IMG/VR virus record: IMGVR_UViG_3300034127_000002
Span: 1-41,503 of that record
Strand: one strand, 5' to 3'
DNA length: 41,503 nt
Source: a virus
Lineage: Duplodnaviria; Caudoviricetes
Numbering within the stretch: position 1 is the first letter of the stretch; each line of letters opens with the position of its first letter. Both the position numbers and the translations under genes were made by a program. The notes under the pieces are model-generated. The model was not told where the DNA came from, searched no databases, and saw only the letters and a program-made list of their open reading frames with translations. Positions 8,160-17,933 of this stretch are shown here, in pieces.

Positions 8160-8302
8160 TCATCCTAAGGGTGTGGGCTTGATGGTCCCTTGATGGGCTC
8201 TTGATGGGTCCTCAATGGTCCCTTACAGATTAGGACAGAGGTAAGCGCTTAACGCAAAGGATTAGCTTTAGGTCCCTAATGGGCTCATAAGGTCACATAA
8301 GG
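8160..8302. repeat. Array of degenerate short repeats (SRL-like)
   Basis: CCTAAGG, CTTGATGG x3, CCTCAATGG, CTTTAGG, CCTAATGG, CATAAGG x2 at roughly 10-bp spacing; analogous to the T7 CCTAAAG arrays. Confidence 0.6.
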
Positions 8303-8303
8303 G

Positions 8304-8332
8304 TTGACAGCCCACCATGATGGCCCCATAAT
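8304..8332 (+). promoter_or_regulatory. Oppositely oriented sigma70 promoter (T7 A0/D analogue)
   Basis: TTGACA-17nt-CATAAT on the + strand. Confidence 0.7.
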
Positions 8333-8334
8333 GA

Positions 8335-8515
8335 TCCCCAAGGTAGGACATGATGATCCCTGAAGGGGACAGCCCACCGGTATCCCTCACAGTTAGACTG
8401 AACGTACCCCGTAGGGGACCGAAGGTCCATACCGAGCCTTGAGGAGGGCCTACGGGGGTGTTCTGCCTCGGTGTTACTGAGAGGTGACCCTTTAAACTTT
8501 TGTGTCATAAAAAGC
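8335..8515. other. Probable location of the collapsed direct terminal repeat / physical genome ends
   Basis: Non-coding, between two short-repeat arrays, and between gp19.5 and the early promoters; boundaries cannot be determined from sequence alone. Confidence 0.5.
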
Positions 8516-8620
8516 TCTTTAGGGCTCCTTGATGTCCACCATTAAGGCACATGTAGACCCTTGATGTCAAGCACTACCTTAAGGTCCACTTGAAGACCCT
8601 TAAGGAGTTCCTTGTAGTAA
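8516..8620. repeat. Array of degenerate short repeats (SRR-like)
   Basis: CTTTAGG, CCTTGATG x2, CATTAAGG, CCTTAAGG x2, CTTGAAG, CCTTGTAG. Confidence 0.6.
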
Positions 8621-8671
8621 AGCCCATGGAGGGTATGCTGTCAAGCATCCCGAAATGGGCCGGTGCGTGCA

Positions 8672-8842
8672 TCATCCAGCACAGAGGGTCAGGGCGCAGA
8701 CGACCTGCATGACCCCAGCCATTAAGGTCTCACCGTTGGCGAACCCAAAGGCCACAAGGCAGACGCCGAGGAACTTGTAGGTGGCGCGGTGTGTCGCTAA
8801 GCGTGCAAGGATGAGCAGGAAGGTAGCAGTACGCTTTCCCAT
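8672..8842 (-). CDS. gp19.5: gp19.5-like small hydrophobic protein (56 aa)
   Basis: AAGGAG RBS; LATHRATYKFL motif; last gene after the phiOR-like promoter. Confidence 0.8.
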   Translation of the reverse strand: MGKRTATFLLILARLATHRATYKFLGVCLVAFGFANGETLMAGVMQVVCALTLCAG

Positions 8843-8965
8843 CTGGTCTCTCCTTGAGTCTGTGTCTCTGCATGAGCAGAAGAACACTATCCATAAAGTC
8901 CCTCCTTGAGTGACCTTTAAGAGGCCTTTAAGGAGGGGTGTCTGTTGGGTAACTTTAAGTCCCCC

Positions 8966-8988
8966 TCTGGTATATGTGAGGGTTTTTA
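8966..8988 (-). promoter_or_regulatory. Phage promoter (phiOR analogue)
   Basis: TAAAAACCCTCACATATACCAGA, followed by three CTTAAAG repeats. Confidence 0.9.
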
Positions 8989-9000
8989 AATGTGTCCTCA

Positions 9001-9030
9001 GAGTGACCAGAAAGGATCTTCCAGTCACCC
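9001..9030 (-). other. Stem-loop after terminase gene
   Basis: GGGTGACTGGAAG-ATC-CTTTCTGGTCACTC. Confidence 0.5.
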
Positions 9031-9041
9031 TTTTGGGACCC

Positions 9042-10802
9042 TTACCAGCCCATGTAATTGCTATCGTCACCGTCATCTGTATAACGGATCTCGACGCCAT
9101 CACCCATCACGATCAGCTCAGCACCTTCATAGCCCAAGAGATCATCCTCCATGTGGGACTGAAGGAACTCATCAAGCATCTCCTGAGCGCCTTCCTCACT
9201 GTTCTTCTCCATGGACTCCATGAAGAACGCCACACCGATGGCCAGTGCATCCAGCCGGTCGTCATGACCCAGCGAACCACGTTCCTTGGTGAGACGGGTG
9301 AGTTGATAGAAGCCTGAGTAGGCCACATCAGTGGTGCCATCGTTGTTGAGTGCAGTGCTGTAGTCCCGCTCAATCACAGAGTCCATTACCACCAGCTTAT
9401 GGCTGCCCAGTACAGGCTCCAGAACGTCGCAGATGCGTAGTTCCTTCTGACCCTTGGACTTGACCTCAGTGATGGCGCAACGGTGCGTCTTGGTCATGAT
9501 AGGGCTGAACAGCTTGGTGTACATGCCATCGCCAAAGTTGCCTTCGATGATGACCTCGTTCACCTTGAACTTCTTGCCGATGTCGGCCAGCTTCTGCAAG
9601 GTCGCATCCTCATACCCACCACGGAAACCGCCCCAGTCCATCAGGAAGATGTAGCCGTTCAGTTGGTACAGAACACAGTAGCCAGTCTCGTCCTTACCAC
9701 GGCCACTTGGGTCGATAGCGAGGATCTTGCCTTGGTACTCAGCAGTAGACACGCCCACGGCCTGATAGCGGTGGAAACGGTCACCCTTAAGGCCCGTCAA
9801 GGGGAGCCCTGTGGCCTCGTTAGAGGGGTTAGGGAGCCACGAGAAGGTCGTAGGGGCTGCATCCATCGACAAGGCCGCAACGATGAAGTCACGCAGCTTG
9901 AGAGGGTACTTCTCGATGTCCGAGAGGTTAGGGTTAAGCATGAACTGAAGGGCGAAGCCACCTTTGCCGTAGGACAGTTCCCGCTCACGTAGGTCGGTCT
10001 CATCGAACCGGATAGGGTCCGTTGGGGCGCCGTACAGTCGAGGGTCTCCCAAGAGTTCCGCAATGATCGCCGGGGCGATACGGGAGCGGTTCCCTTTGGC
10101 GTGAAAGTAGGACTCAAGGTCAGCAGCGTCACGAGGGTAACGAGCTGGCCAGATGGTGGTGCTGTAGCCACGATCTTCAAGTTCCCGGTAGAGGGTCATC
10201 TCGGTCTGAGGGGTGCCCAGATAGATGATCGTGCCGTCTGGCTTCAGGATCGCATCGAACTCCTTCACGAGTTCCCCAAGGTGGTCCCGAGCAGATTGAG
10301 TGCCCGAGTTACCCGGTACTTCCACGTCGTCCGCGATGAGGATGTCGGCACGGGAACCAGTCATACCACCAGTCACACCTACCGACTTAACGGAAGGGCT
10401 GTGGTCGGGTCTGGCTGGTCCCACGTCGAAGCTCAGGGCCGAGTCCCGCTGGCCAGCACGAGGCTTCAGCTCATGCAGGAATGGGAGCAGGTCGATGATG
10501 CGCTTGATAAACACGCTGTTGGCGTCAGCACGGTCCTTGTTCGCAGACACGATCATGATCTTGAGGTCTGGATTGTTCCAGAGCTTCCAGACCACGAAGG
10601 CGCATGTGATGAAGGACTTGCCGATGCCTCGGAATGCTTGAAGGATGAATCGCCGGTCCGTCTGAGACGCCAGCTTCTTGGACATGTCGATCTGTTGCTT
10701 GGTCGGTTTCGGCAGGTTCAGCGCCGCCCAGAGGACGAAGAGGAACGCGATGAAATTTCCCTTGAGCAACTTGATCTGTTTTGCGTTATCAGCGTTTGCC
10801 AT
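9042..10802 (-). CDS. gp19: Terminase large subunit
   Basis: AFRGIGKS Walker A, ILIADDVE Walker [11 protein letters not shown] and HDDRLDALA nuclease motifs; AAGGAGG RBS. Confidence 0.98.
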   Translation of the reverse strand: MANADNAKQIKLLKGNFIAFLFVLWAALNLPKPTKQQIDMSKKLASQTDRRFILQAFRGIGKSFITCAFVVWKLWNNPDLKIMIVSANKDRADANSVFIKRIIDLLPFLHELKPRAGQRDSALSFDVGPARPDHSPSVKSVGVTGGMTGSRADILIADDVEVPGNSGTQSARDHLGELVKEFDAILKPDGTIIYLGTPQTEMTLYRELEDRGYSTTIWPARYPRDAADLESYFHAKGNRSRIAPAIIAELLGDPRLYGAPTDPIRFDETDLRERELSYGKGGFALQFMLNPNLSDIEKYPLKLRDFIVAALSMDAAPTTFSWLPNPSNEATGLPLTGLKGDRFHRYQAVGVSTAEYQGKILAIDPSGRGKDETGYCVLYQLNGYIFLMDWGGFRGGYEDATLQKLADIGKKFKVNEVIIEGNFGDGMYTKLFSPIMTKTHRCAITEVKSKGQKELRICDVLEPVLGSHKLVVMDSVIERDYSTALNNDGTTDVAYSGFYQLTRLTKERGSLGHDDRLDALAIGVAFFMESMEKNSEEGAQEMLDEFLQSHMEDDLLGYEGAELIVMGDGVEIRYTDDGDDSNYMGW

Positions 10803-10965
10803 GGTCAGCCTCCTTTACCGGGAGGACGAACTCACACAGCTTCTGAGCCATCTTTTCATCGTTCACCTTGGCCAGCACCACCCCATCACAGAAGACTGTG
10901 TAATCGGGGCAGCAACAGGTCTCAGGGTGACAGTCACAGCGAGTACGTGCATACGAGAGGGTCAT
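10789..10965 (-). CDS. Cys-rich small protein (58 aa, not in track)
   Basis: [58 protein letters not shown]; ATGA-coupled to Rz; fills the Rz-terL gap. Confidence 0.7.
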   Translation of the reverse strand: MTLSYARTRCDCHPETCCCPDYTVFCDGVVLAKVNDEKMAQKLCEFVLPVKEADHGKR

Positions 10966-11408
10966 TTGGTCAGCCCTCTCACAATTTCTTGGAGAGCCTG
11001 AACCTGACTGTCAGCGTCCTGAGTTATTCGGACAAGAGCTTGAGCAGTCGCTGGGTGTAGTTCGGCGCGACCATCACTGATTGCTCCACTACAACTTTGG
11101 AGACTGGCGATGGTTGCATCGGCGAGCTTGACGCGCAGCTTGATGTTGCCGCTACGAAGATCAGCAAGGGTCCGATTAGCAGTCCCCTCAGCTTGCGCTT
11201 GACGTTCCGCAAAAGCCTTGCTCGAAACGGTGATGATTTCTTGAAGTTCATTACGTTTTGCCTCCCAGTTCTGTTGGTTTTCATTGAGGGTCTTCAAGGC
11301 CTCGGTGCGTTCGCTGGAGCCACCGAAGTGATACCCCGAAGCAAACACACCAGCCGTGAACAAGAGACCCGCTAAGGCCCCATAGAGGCCGGTACGGAGT
11401 CCCATCAT
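10962..11408 (-). CDS. gp18.5: Rz-like inner-membrane spanin
   Basis: N-terminal TM, coiled coil, DLRSGNIKLRV and DGRAEL motifs; position after terS. Confidence 0.92.
   Translation of the reverse strand: MMGLRTGLYGALAGLLFTAGVFASGYHFGGSSERTEALKTLNENQQNWEAKRNELQEIITVSSKAFAERQAQAEGTANRTLADLRSGNIKLRVKLADATIASLQSCSGAISDGRAELHPATAQALVRITQDADSQVQALQEIVRGLTK
11024..11284 (-). CDS. gp18.7: Rz1-like outer-membrane lipoprotein spanin nested in Rz
   Basis: Alternate frame inside Rz; hydrophobic stretch then TSS-C lipobox; Pro-rich mature part; start uncertain. Confidence 0.8.
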   Translation of the reverse strand: MKTNRTGRQNVMNFKKSSPFRARLLRNVKRKLRGLLIGPLLIFVAATSSCASSSPMQPSPVSKVVVEQSVMVAPNYTQRLLKLLSE

Positions 11409-11665
11409 TGGAGGCGACCCTCCTGTTCCTCGAAGTCCATCTTCTGGAATTCGTCGAGGGCACTTTGAAGCTCACCGAGAACCGGGGCGTCAACTGCAAG
11501 TTTCTTGATGGTGAAGGCGTGACGGGTCAACAGCTTGTCGATGGCCGCATAGAGCTGAGGGGTACGCTTATCGTCGTTCCTCAGGTCAGCCAACAGGTAC
11601 TGAGCCTTCTCGGTATCGAGCAGCTCCAAGAGCACCTCAAGGGCGCTACGCATATCATGGGACAT
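11405..11665 (-). CDS. gp18: Terminase small subunit
   Basis: LLELLDTE...DLRNDDKRTPQLYAAIDKLL.RH.F, T7 gp18-like. Confidence 0.93.
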   Translation of the reverse strand: MSHDMRSALEVLLELLDTEKAQYLLADLRNDDKRTPQLYAAIDKLLTRHAFTIKKLAVDAPVLGELQSALDEFQKMDFEEQEGRLQ

Positions 11666-11669
11666 TTGA

Positions 11670-11861
11670 CTACTCCTTGTCTTTGCGTCGTTCTTCCCTG
11701 ACGGTCTTGTAGATAACCAAGGCCAGTTGGACGACGGTGTAAACGATAGTGACGATGTAGAAAAGCTCGTGCAGGGGCAGTCCCTTTAGACCAGCCCATG
11801 TGTCGGCACCAACAGCACCGACGATAGGGGCAGCACGTACCGCCCCTTCGTTGAAGTCCAT
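11670..11861 (-). CDS. gp17.5: Class II holin
   Basis: DFNEGAVRAAPIVG...FYIVTIVYTVVQ; charged C-terminal tail. Confidence 0.92.
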   Translation of the reverse strand: MDFNEGAVRAAPIVGAVGADTWAGLKGLPLHELFYIVTIVYTVVQLALVIYKTVREERRKDKE

Positions 11862-11874
11862 TTCAATCTCCTCC

Positions 11875-12243
11875 TTAGGCCGTCATGGCCTTGATCTGAA
11901 TGCGGAGCAGCTTGGCAAGCTCCAGTTCCTGTGGAGTAGCGAGGCCCAACATCACATCGGGAAGAAGTTTGTCGAGTTCCAGTTGCAGGTCCATAGGGGC
12001 AACGTCACGTCGCTCCCACGGCTCAATAGAACCCGCATGGCCATCGTTGGCCCACGCAAAGAGCAAGCGGCCATGGTCCTCAGAGTCCATCGCACAGGCC
12101 GTAAAGCCCAGCTCGTGAGGGCCAATAGAGGCGTCCGCGAAGGTCACCGTCAGGTTGATCCGGGTCTTCTCTTCGTTGGCCCATTGAGGGTCCTTGGCGT
12201 CACAAATAACGGTGCTGCCACGGATGATATAAGGGAATTCCAA
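11875..12243 (-). CDS. Tail fibre assembly chaperone (Tfa-like); TTG start
   Basis: AAGGAGG-5nt-TTG at 12243; PQWAN...FTA..DSEDHGRLLF pattern typical of tail-fibre assembly proteins; directly after the fibre gene. Confidence 0.7.
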   Translation of the reverse strand: MEFPYIIRGSTVICDAKDPQWANEEKTRINLTVTFADASIGPHELGFTACAMDSEDHGRLLFAWANDGHAGSIEPWERRDVAPMDLQLELDKLLPDVMLGLATPQELELAKLLRIQIKAMTA

Positions 12244-12254
12244 TGTGTCCTCCT

Positions 12255-13841
12255 TTAGGCGTAACGCTGCCAGATTGTGTTGTGAAGTTGAGCGGTGATC
12301 GCACCTGCGCAATACCAGCTACCGACCAATGTTTGGCTGAAGTGGCCACCCTGCGAGGATGATGCGTAGAGGTTGCCACCGGGGGTCCCGTTGTTGAACG
12401 AGATCTGAGCGTTAGGCAGATAGATCGCTTGGCAGTACGAGCCCAGTTCGTTCACCCGAAGGTTCGCGAGGTTGCTCCGCCAGTTGCTCGTGGTCAGCAC
12501 GACTTGGCTCAGCCATTGGTTACCCCAAATGGTGCCAAGAACGTCACCGTTGGTGCCGAATGTTGCAGCACCTACAGTGGCATTGCCGCCAGTTTTCAGG
12601 GTGCCAGCCATTACCACAGCGGCTTGGTTGAAAGTGGCCTGTGCGATGCTGAGTTGGGTGTGATACGACCCAGCAGCAGCCGGGGCAGTGCGGAAATAGT
12701 GGGTCCCTGAAGCATCCGTCAGGTACGTGCTGCGCTCCGTGCCGTTAGGGTTCTGGAACTGAAGCTGAGACCAACTATTGAAGTCCACACCGTTACCACG
12801 GGCGATCAGACGGCCATCTTTAGCAAGAACGTAGGCGTCCGCCGCCAAGCCACGGTTGAAACTCACCTCAAGGGCCGTTACGGGCTTAAGGGCTGCCGCA
12901 AGGTCGTTAAAGCTGCCCAACTTGCTGGCCTCAGTGGCTGCACGGTCGGCCTCAGTCTTCGCACGGTCGGCCTGAGCGGTCGCCAACGGGACCTGATTCT
13001 GCGCAACGGTAGACGCTGCAATCGCAAGGTTCGCCTGAGTTACCGCCAAGGCAACCTGAGTCTGGCCATTGGTGGTTGCCAACTGGGCCTGAGTGGTTGC
13101 CAAGGTTACCTGAGCGGCTGCCAAAGCTACCTGAGCGGCCCCGTTAGTCGTCGCAAGGTTGGCCTGAGTGGTTGCCCGGTTGGCCTCAGTGGTCGCAAAT
13201 GCGGCCTTCGTATCGGAGACCTGACGGGAAGCCTCAGAGGCCACAGCGGACGCCTGCGAAGCTGCCGCCTTGGTGGTCGAGATGTTCGCTTGGGCCAAGG
13301 AGCGATCCGCTTCCGACTGGGAACGGTTGGCCTCAGTCTGGGAACGGTTGGCTTGGTTCAATGCCGAAGCACCCCACGCCTGTTCCTGACGGAGAGTTAC
13401 AGCGTCAGACGGGTCGATTGCATCACCCAAGTTCACGATACGGCGAGCACGGGCATCAAGCTGGCCGTTGTTGTCCACGCCGATGGTATCAGTCGCAATG
13501 TCTCGACCTTCCTCAGCGATGTGCAGGGACTGGACCTGTGAAGTGTTCAGGTCGTAAGCACGCAAGATCGACCCATCACTGAAGTCCACCAGACGCTCGG
13601 AAGCGCTCGTGTAGCGGCGGATCTCCAGCAAGGTGTAACCATCAGCAGTGCCCCACGCCTTGTTGGTCGTGATAACAGTCCGCTGGGTGAATCGGTAGTC
13701 GGTGTTCAGGACCAGTTCTTTACGGTTAATGCCGATCAGCGTCACGCGGACGAACTTACGAGCGAGGTACTCAAACGGAATGTTGAAGTCCTTTTGCCCC
13801 GTAAGCGCCACGGTCATCGAAGTTTTTGGAGCAACAGCCAT
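12255..13841 (-). CDS. gp17: Tail fibre protein
   Basis: T7 gp17 N-terminal anchor (FEYLARKFVRVTL, DFSDGSILRAYDLN), Ala/Thr/Gln heptad shaft, distinct C-terminal tip. Confidence 0.96.
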   Translation of the reverse strand: MAVAPKTSMTVALTGQKDFNIPFEYLARKFVRVTLIGINRKELVLNTDYRFTQRTVITTNKAWGTADGYTLLEIRRYTSASERLVDFSDGSILRAYDLNTSQVQSLHIAEEGRDIATDTIGVDNNGQLDARARRIVNLGDAIDPSDAVTLRQEQAWGASALNQANRSQTEANRSQSEADRSLAQANISTTKAAASQASAVASEASRQVSDTKAAFATTEANRATTQANLATTNGAAQVALAAAQVTLATTQAQLATTNGQTQVALAVTQANLAIAASTVAQNQVPLATAQADRAKTEADRAATEASKLGSFNDLAAALKPVTALEVSFNRGLAADAYVLAKDGRLIARGNGVDFNSWSQLQFQNPNGTERSTYLTDASGTHYFRTAPAAAGSYHTQLSIAQATFNQAAVVMAGTLKTGGNATVGAATFGTNGDVLGTIWGNQWLSQVVLTTSNWRSNLANLRVNELGSYCQAIYLPNAQISFNNGTPGGNLYASSSQGGHFSQTLVGSWYCAGAITAQLHNTIWQRYA

Positions 13842-13877
13842 GTTCGTCTCCTTTGAGAATGAGGCCTGTGTGAGCGC

Positions 13878-13900
13878 CTCGGTATATGTGAGGGTTTATT
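13878..13900 (-). promoter_or_regulatory. Phage promoter (phi17 analogue)
   Basis: AATAAACCCTCACATATACCGAG, overlapping the gp16 stop. Confidence 0.85.
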
Positions 13901-16900
13901 TCCTGATCTCGATGCCTTGGTCTTCCATGACCTTCATCAGGAGGTATTGCGAGGCTGGGTCGTTCGGGATGATTCCACGCAAGCCGTTGTACAGGCCGGT
14001 CATGTATTCCTGATCGCTACGGCGCCCCTTGGAACCAGCGAGGCCGAAAGCGTTATACCCAGCTTGACCAATCGAACCGAGGAATCCAACGGCTGGAATC
14101 TGGTCACCAACACGGCCAGCAAAACCAGTGAACTGGTCCGACTGGGTTGGCTTGTACTTCATCGCACCGGGTTCCTTCTGTTGCTTTGGACGCGGGAGGA
14201 TGGACGACCGGACCATAGCGGCCTGATCGAAGCCCAGAGGTGCAGCGACCATGTTGGCCAGACCCAAGGGTGCCCCGATGTGGGACGACCGGGAGAGAGC
14301 CGCATAGGCCAGCATGTTGGGATCTAAGGCTTGCTTGAGGAACGCCTCGCGATCCCGTGGTGGCATCGTCGAGGACTGGGCGTACTTCATTGCTGCATAC
14401 ATCCCGGTGGCCATACCTGTGGCAATGATCGCCTGCATGGTCTGGTCAATTGCCCGACTGTTCTTGGTGCCGTCGTAGAAGCCACGGACCAATCGAGCGT
14501 TAACGGAACGCATGGTGAAGTTCTTGAACTGCATGGCCATCTTGACGCCAGCACCGTAAGCCACAGTGTCCGTAGAGGACAGCTTGTGTGGGCGCAGAAT
14601 CGTCTCATCGGCCAGCTTGTCGCCCATCCGCCAGATGTCCATTGAGGCCGGATTGGACTGGAACGCTGCACGATCCGTAATGGTCACCTTACCGTCCTTG
14701 CCCATCTTGGTGGCTACCTTGATGAGGTCCTGCATGTTCTTGAACTGGTCCGGTGTGATCGACATCGAGTGGAGACGTTTCTCATCGAAGAGGTTCGTTG
14801 CGAGCCCCTGACCTGCACCCTTCTTGCCATAGGTGTGATTGACCAGTTCCATAAGGAACCCTTGACGGCCCGCATCGGCGATGTAGTTGGACGACTCTAC
14901 GAGGAACTTGGTGAACGGACTCCGAGCGGAGAGTTCCCCAGTGGCCCACTTAAAGGTGCCCAGTACGGACGACGCCACGGGACCGGAATCAGCATGGTCA
15001 CGGAGACGCATAATGATGTCCTGACGGGACGGACGAATCAGGTCATCCAGCTCACGACCGAAGACCAGACCGTGCATGTCGCGCAGTTGGTTAGCGTCGA
15101 TCTTGGAGCCCCAAGTCATCATGTCGCGCAGCACAGGCACACCCTTGAACAGCATGGCCGTGTGGCCCTTGGTGACCAATGCGGCTGTCTCCGTCAGACC
15201 TTGAATGCCCATGTAGGCGTTCTTGGCGACAAAGCTCAGGTCCGTAACGGCACGGGCAAAGGTTGCCAGCTCACCATCAGGGTCCCGTCGAGCACGACCG
15301 GTAAGGAGCTTCACGGCGTCCTCCAAGGCGGTCTGTTCCTTCTTGTTCTTCGCACCGATACCCATGGCCACGATCTGGTCCTTCAAGGCCTCAGTGGACT
15401 TACCGGTGGCCCCCATGATGCCAATGTCACCGTTCACACGGCGGTCATAGCTTGGGGTGATCCGAGTCAAGTCGTAGTCACGGAGATCGTTCACCGCAAA
15501 GGTGGTGCCATCGCTCAACGATACGGACACGTCCGAGTCGAAGAGGTGACGACCTTCTAAGAAGTTGTTGTTCTCAGCACCCACCAGACCGGTGACTTGA
15601 TCGTCCACCAAGTGGGAGCGGTTGAACTCATCGGTGTGACTGATCCCGTAGGCCTTGTTCTTGGCGTAGGTCTCCACTGCATCCTGAATCGCCTGTGGGG
15701 TCATCACCTTGCCCTTGTTGGACTCAGCGATCATCTTGTCGATGCGTGCCTTCACATGTGGACGGGAAGCGTAGGAGGCCATCCAGCTCTCGATAATGGC
15801 TGTCTGCAAACCCTCGTTGCTCCCAAACTTGGCCCGGTGGATATTCTTGGCCGCATCAGAGTAAACGTTAGGGATGTAGGAGCCTTCGTGGCGGGTCGCG
15901 CCGAGCACGTTGGTGGCCCGTGGATTCCCGAACTGAGCCGGGTTGTGTAACAGGTCCAGCTTGCGGTCGTAATGGGTCTTCAAGGCGTCCATGAGTTTCA
16001 CCTCACCGGGAGCCAAGTCGGCCTTCTTGCGACCTGTGGAGTCCTCAAGGGCCTCAGCGACCCGACGATAGGCCAGCTCCATGTCAGCCTGACGGCCACC
16101 TTTGGAGTTCGCATAACGAGCGTCGTCGATTGCCTCGTGGACCGCTGAGACGATGTTGTTGTAGCTCACATGGTCCTGACCCTTGATGCGCTCAACGATG
16201 TCCGAGGCGGTGGCCCCAAACTTACCGTTAGAGCCCGAGGTGGTCCCTGTGGTTGAGCGGAACAGTTGGTTGCCGATGTCCCGTACCGCTGGGTTCTCGG
16301 AACGGTTCAGCGTGTAGCCGATCTCAGTGAAGCCACCCATGGTTGCCCCACGAGCAGCTCGCTCAGCTTCAGGCTCAAGGGCCGCTGCCATAGCGATGGT
16401 CTTCGGATTGATCGGAGAGCCACCGGACAGAACAGAGCCATCAGGCATCCGTACTGCACCAGCCTCACTCGGATGGTCAACCCAACTGTGGCCATTCCAT
16501 TCCATGATCTGATCGGAGTCATGCCAACCCATCTTCGAGGGGTCCTCAGCGCCGACCTGACGGGCAGTCTCACGGGACTCCAAGCGCATGGCTGGGCCAG
16601 CATACTCGTTAGGCAATGCCGACTCACCATGGCGCGCTAAGGTGGACTCAAGAGCCTGATCGGACATCTCAGTTCGACCCAATGGGAAGGCACGGGAAGC
16701 GATACGGTCGATCAGTGCAGTCAGCCCGCCACCGATGAGAGCACCACCGACCATTGCGGTCGCGTAGTGGCCTTCGATCCCTGTGGTTTGCTCACGGAGA
16801 CCTTCCGAGGCCATGGCCAGACCACCCGAGTACAGACCCGTCTTGACCACCCGGTTGATGAGCTTACCGCCTGACGCACCGGGGATCGGCACGTAGGTCA

Positions 16901-17918
16901 GTGGGTCCACACCGGCACCGGCAAACCCTGCAACGATCTGGGCTGAAGTGGAGGTGCCATAGAGACGCTTCTGTGCCTCCATGTTCTCCTTGGCGAGCTG
17001 GATACCTTGAGGGATCGCAGCCCGGTTGCCTCGGGTGTAGTCCACGACGAAGCCGTACATCTTCGGGTCGATCCCAGCGTCACGCATTTGCTGGAAGTCG
17101 GAGTCATCCCAAGTGTTCGTGTCGAAGGACTTATGCCAGTCAACCGGGTCCACGATGTCCATCTTCACGTTACGCATAAGCTGACCCAGCGAACTGGTGA
17201 ACAGCTCAGATTGGATAGCATCACCTGTGCCCTCGAACCAACCTTGAGGGGCCTTGCGGTGATCGAACTCGGTCTGCGCAAAGTCAGCCCGTGCGGTATC
17301 TGGTTCCTGCCCCTTTACGCCCATGTTGCCCAGCTCAGGGAGAACCCCACGTTGGACTTTAGGGGCTGCCGTCACGCCTTGGGTTGCACTATCGAACGAG
17401 ACGGCTGGAGCCTTTGGGGAGATGCCCGGATCGGTCACCCCCAAGCCTTGGAACAGTTTGGCCGAAGGGGAATCCCCAGCGACACTCACGAGGTTCTGCA
17501 TGTACTTGCGACCCTCTTCGGAGATCTTCGAGAGATCCCCAGCGTCCAGAGCGGCCAACTGAGGGGCGCCCAAACGGCCTTCCCCTTGGTTGTACGCAAG
17601 GGCAGCCTTCAGGTAGTCGCCGTGGTATTTGCCCACGAGGTCCTTAGTGAACGCAGCAGCCGCATTGATCGACTTCTCAGGGTTGTAGAAGTCCTCTTCA
17701 GAGTTCAGCCCATAGGCCTTGCCAGTGTTCTCAGTGAACTGACCGAGACCACGGGGTCCCGTTGGGGACTTGGCGTTAGGGTTAAAGCTGGACTCGTTGA
17801 AGATCTTCTTGTGCAGGTATTCGTAGCTGACTTGGTTGCGGTCAGCAGCGTCACGGATCATCCCATCGTAGGGAGTACCGGACTTCTGGAGTGCTGCATA
17901 TTCTTCGTCGCGATTCAT
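13896..17918 (-). CDS. gp16: Internal virion protein D with N-terminal lytic transglycosylase
   Basis: 1340 aa; ESSFNPNAKSPTGPRGLGQF and AYNQGEG SLT motifs. Confidence 0.96.
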   Translation of the reverse strand: MNRDEEYAALQKSGTPYDGMIRDAADRNQVSYEYLHKKIFNESSFNPNAKSPTGPRGLGQFTENTGKAYGLNSEEDFYNPEKSINAAAAFTKDLVGKYHGDYLKAALAYNQGEGRLGAPQLAALDAGDLSKISEEGRKYMQNLVSVAGDSPSAKLFQGLGVTDPGISPKAPAVSFDSATQGVTAAPKVQRGVLPELGNMGVKGQEPDTARADFAQTEFDHRKAPQGWFEGTGDAIQSELFTSSLGQLMRNVKMDIVDPVDWHKSFDTNTWDDSDFQQMRDAGIDPKMYGFVVDYTRGNRAAIPQGIQLAKENMEAQKRLYGTSTSAQIVAGFAGAGVDPLTYVPIPGASGGKLINRVVKTGLYSGGLAMASEGLREQTTGIEGHYATAMVGGALIGGGLTALIDRIASRAFPLGRTEMSDQALESTLARHGESALPNEYAGPAMRLESRETARQVGAEDPSKMGWHDSDQIMEWNGHSWVDHPSEAGAVRMPDGSVLSGGSPINPKTIAMAAALEPEAERAARGATMGGFTEIGYTLNRSENPAVRDIGNQLFRSTTGTTSGSNGKFGATASDIVERIKGQDHVSYNNIVSAVHEAIDDARYANSKGGRQADMELAYRRVAEALEDSTGRKKADLAPGEVKLMDALKTHYDRKLDLLHNPAQFGNPRATNVLGATRHEGSYIPNVYSDAAKNIHRAKFGSNEGLQTAIIESWMASYASRPHVKARIDKMIAESNKGKVMTPQAIQDAVETYAKNKAYGISHTDEFNRSHLVDDQVTGLVGAENNNFLEGRHLFDSDVSVSLSDGTTFAVNDLRDYDLTRITPSYDRRVNGDIGIMGATGKSTEALKDQIVAMGIGAKNKKEQTALEDAVKLLTGRARRDPDGELATFARAVTDLSFVAKNAYMGIQGLTETAALVTKGHTAMLFKGVPVLRDMMTWGSKIDANQLRDMHGLVFGRELDDLIRPSRQDIIMRLRDHADSGPVASSVLGTFKWATGELSARSPFTKFLVESSNYIADAGRQGFLMELVNHTYGKKGAGQGLATNLFDEKRLHSMSITPDQFKNMQDLIKVATKMGKDGKVTITDRAAFQSNPASMDIWRMGDKLADETILRPHKLSSTDTVAYGAGVKMAMQFKNFTMRSVNARLVRGFYDGTKNSRAIDQTMQAIIATGMATGMYAAMKYAQSSTMPPRDREAFLKQALDPNMLAYAALSRSSHIGAPLGLANMVAAPLGFDQAAMVRSSILPRPKQQKEPGAMKYKPTQSDQFTGFAGRVGDQIPAVGFLGSIGQAGYNAFGLAGSKGRRSDQEYMTGLYNGLRGIIPNDPASQYLLMKVMEDQGIEIRK

Positions 17919-17933
17919 TAAGTTCTCCTTGGG

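Noticed and set aside
7642-8508. Short ORFs in the terminal/promoter region
   Set aside because: They overlap promoters, boxA and repeat arrays and lack RBSs; likely spurious
9113-10180. Alternate-frame ORFs inside terL as gp19.2/19.3 analogues
   Set aside because: No recognisable similarity or clear RBS; cannot be supported
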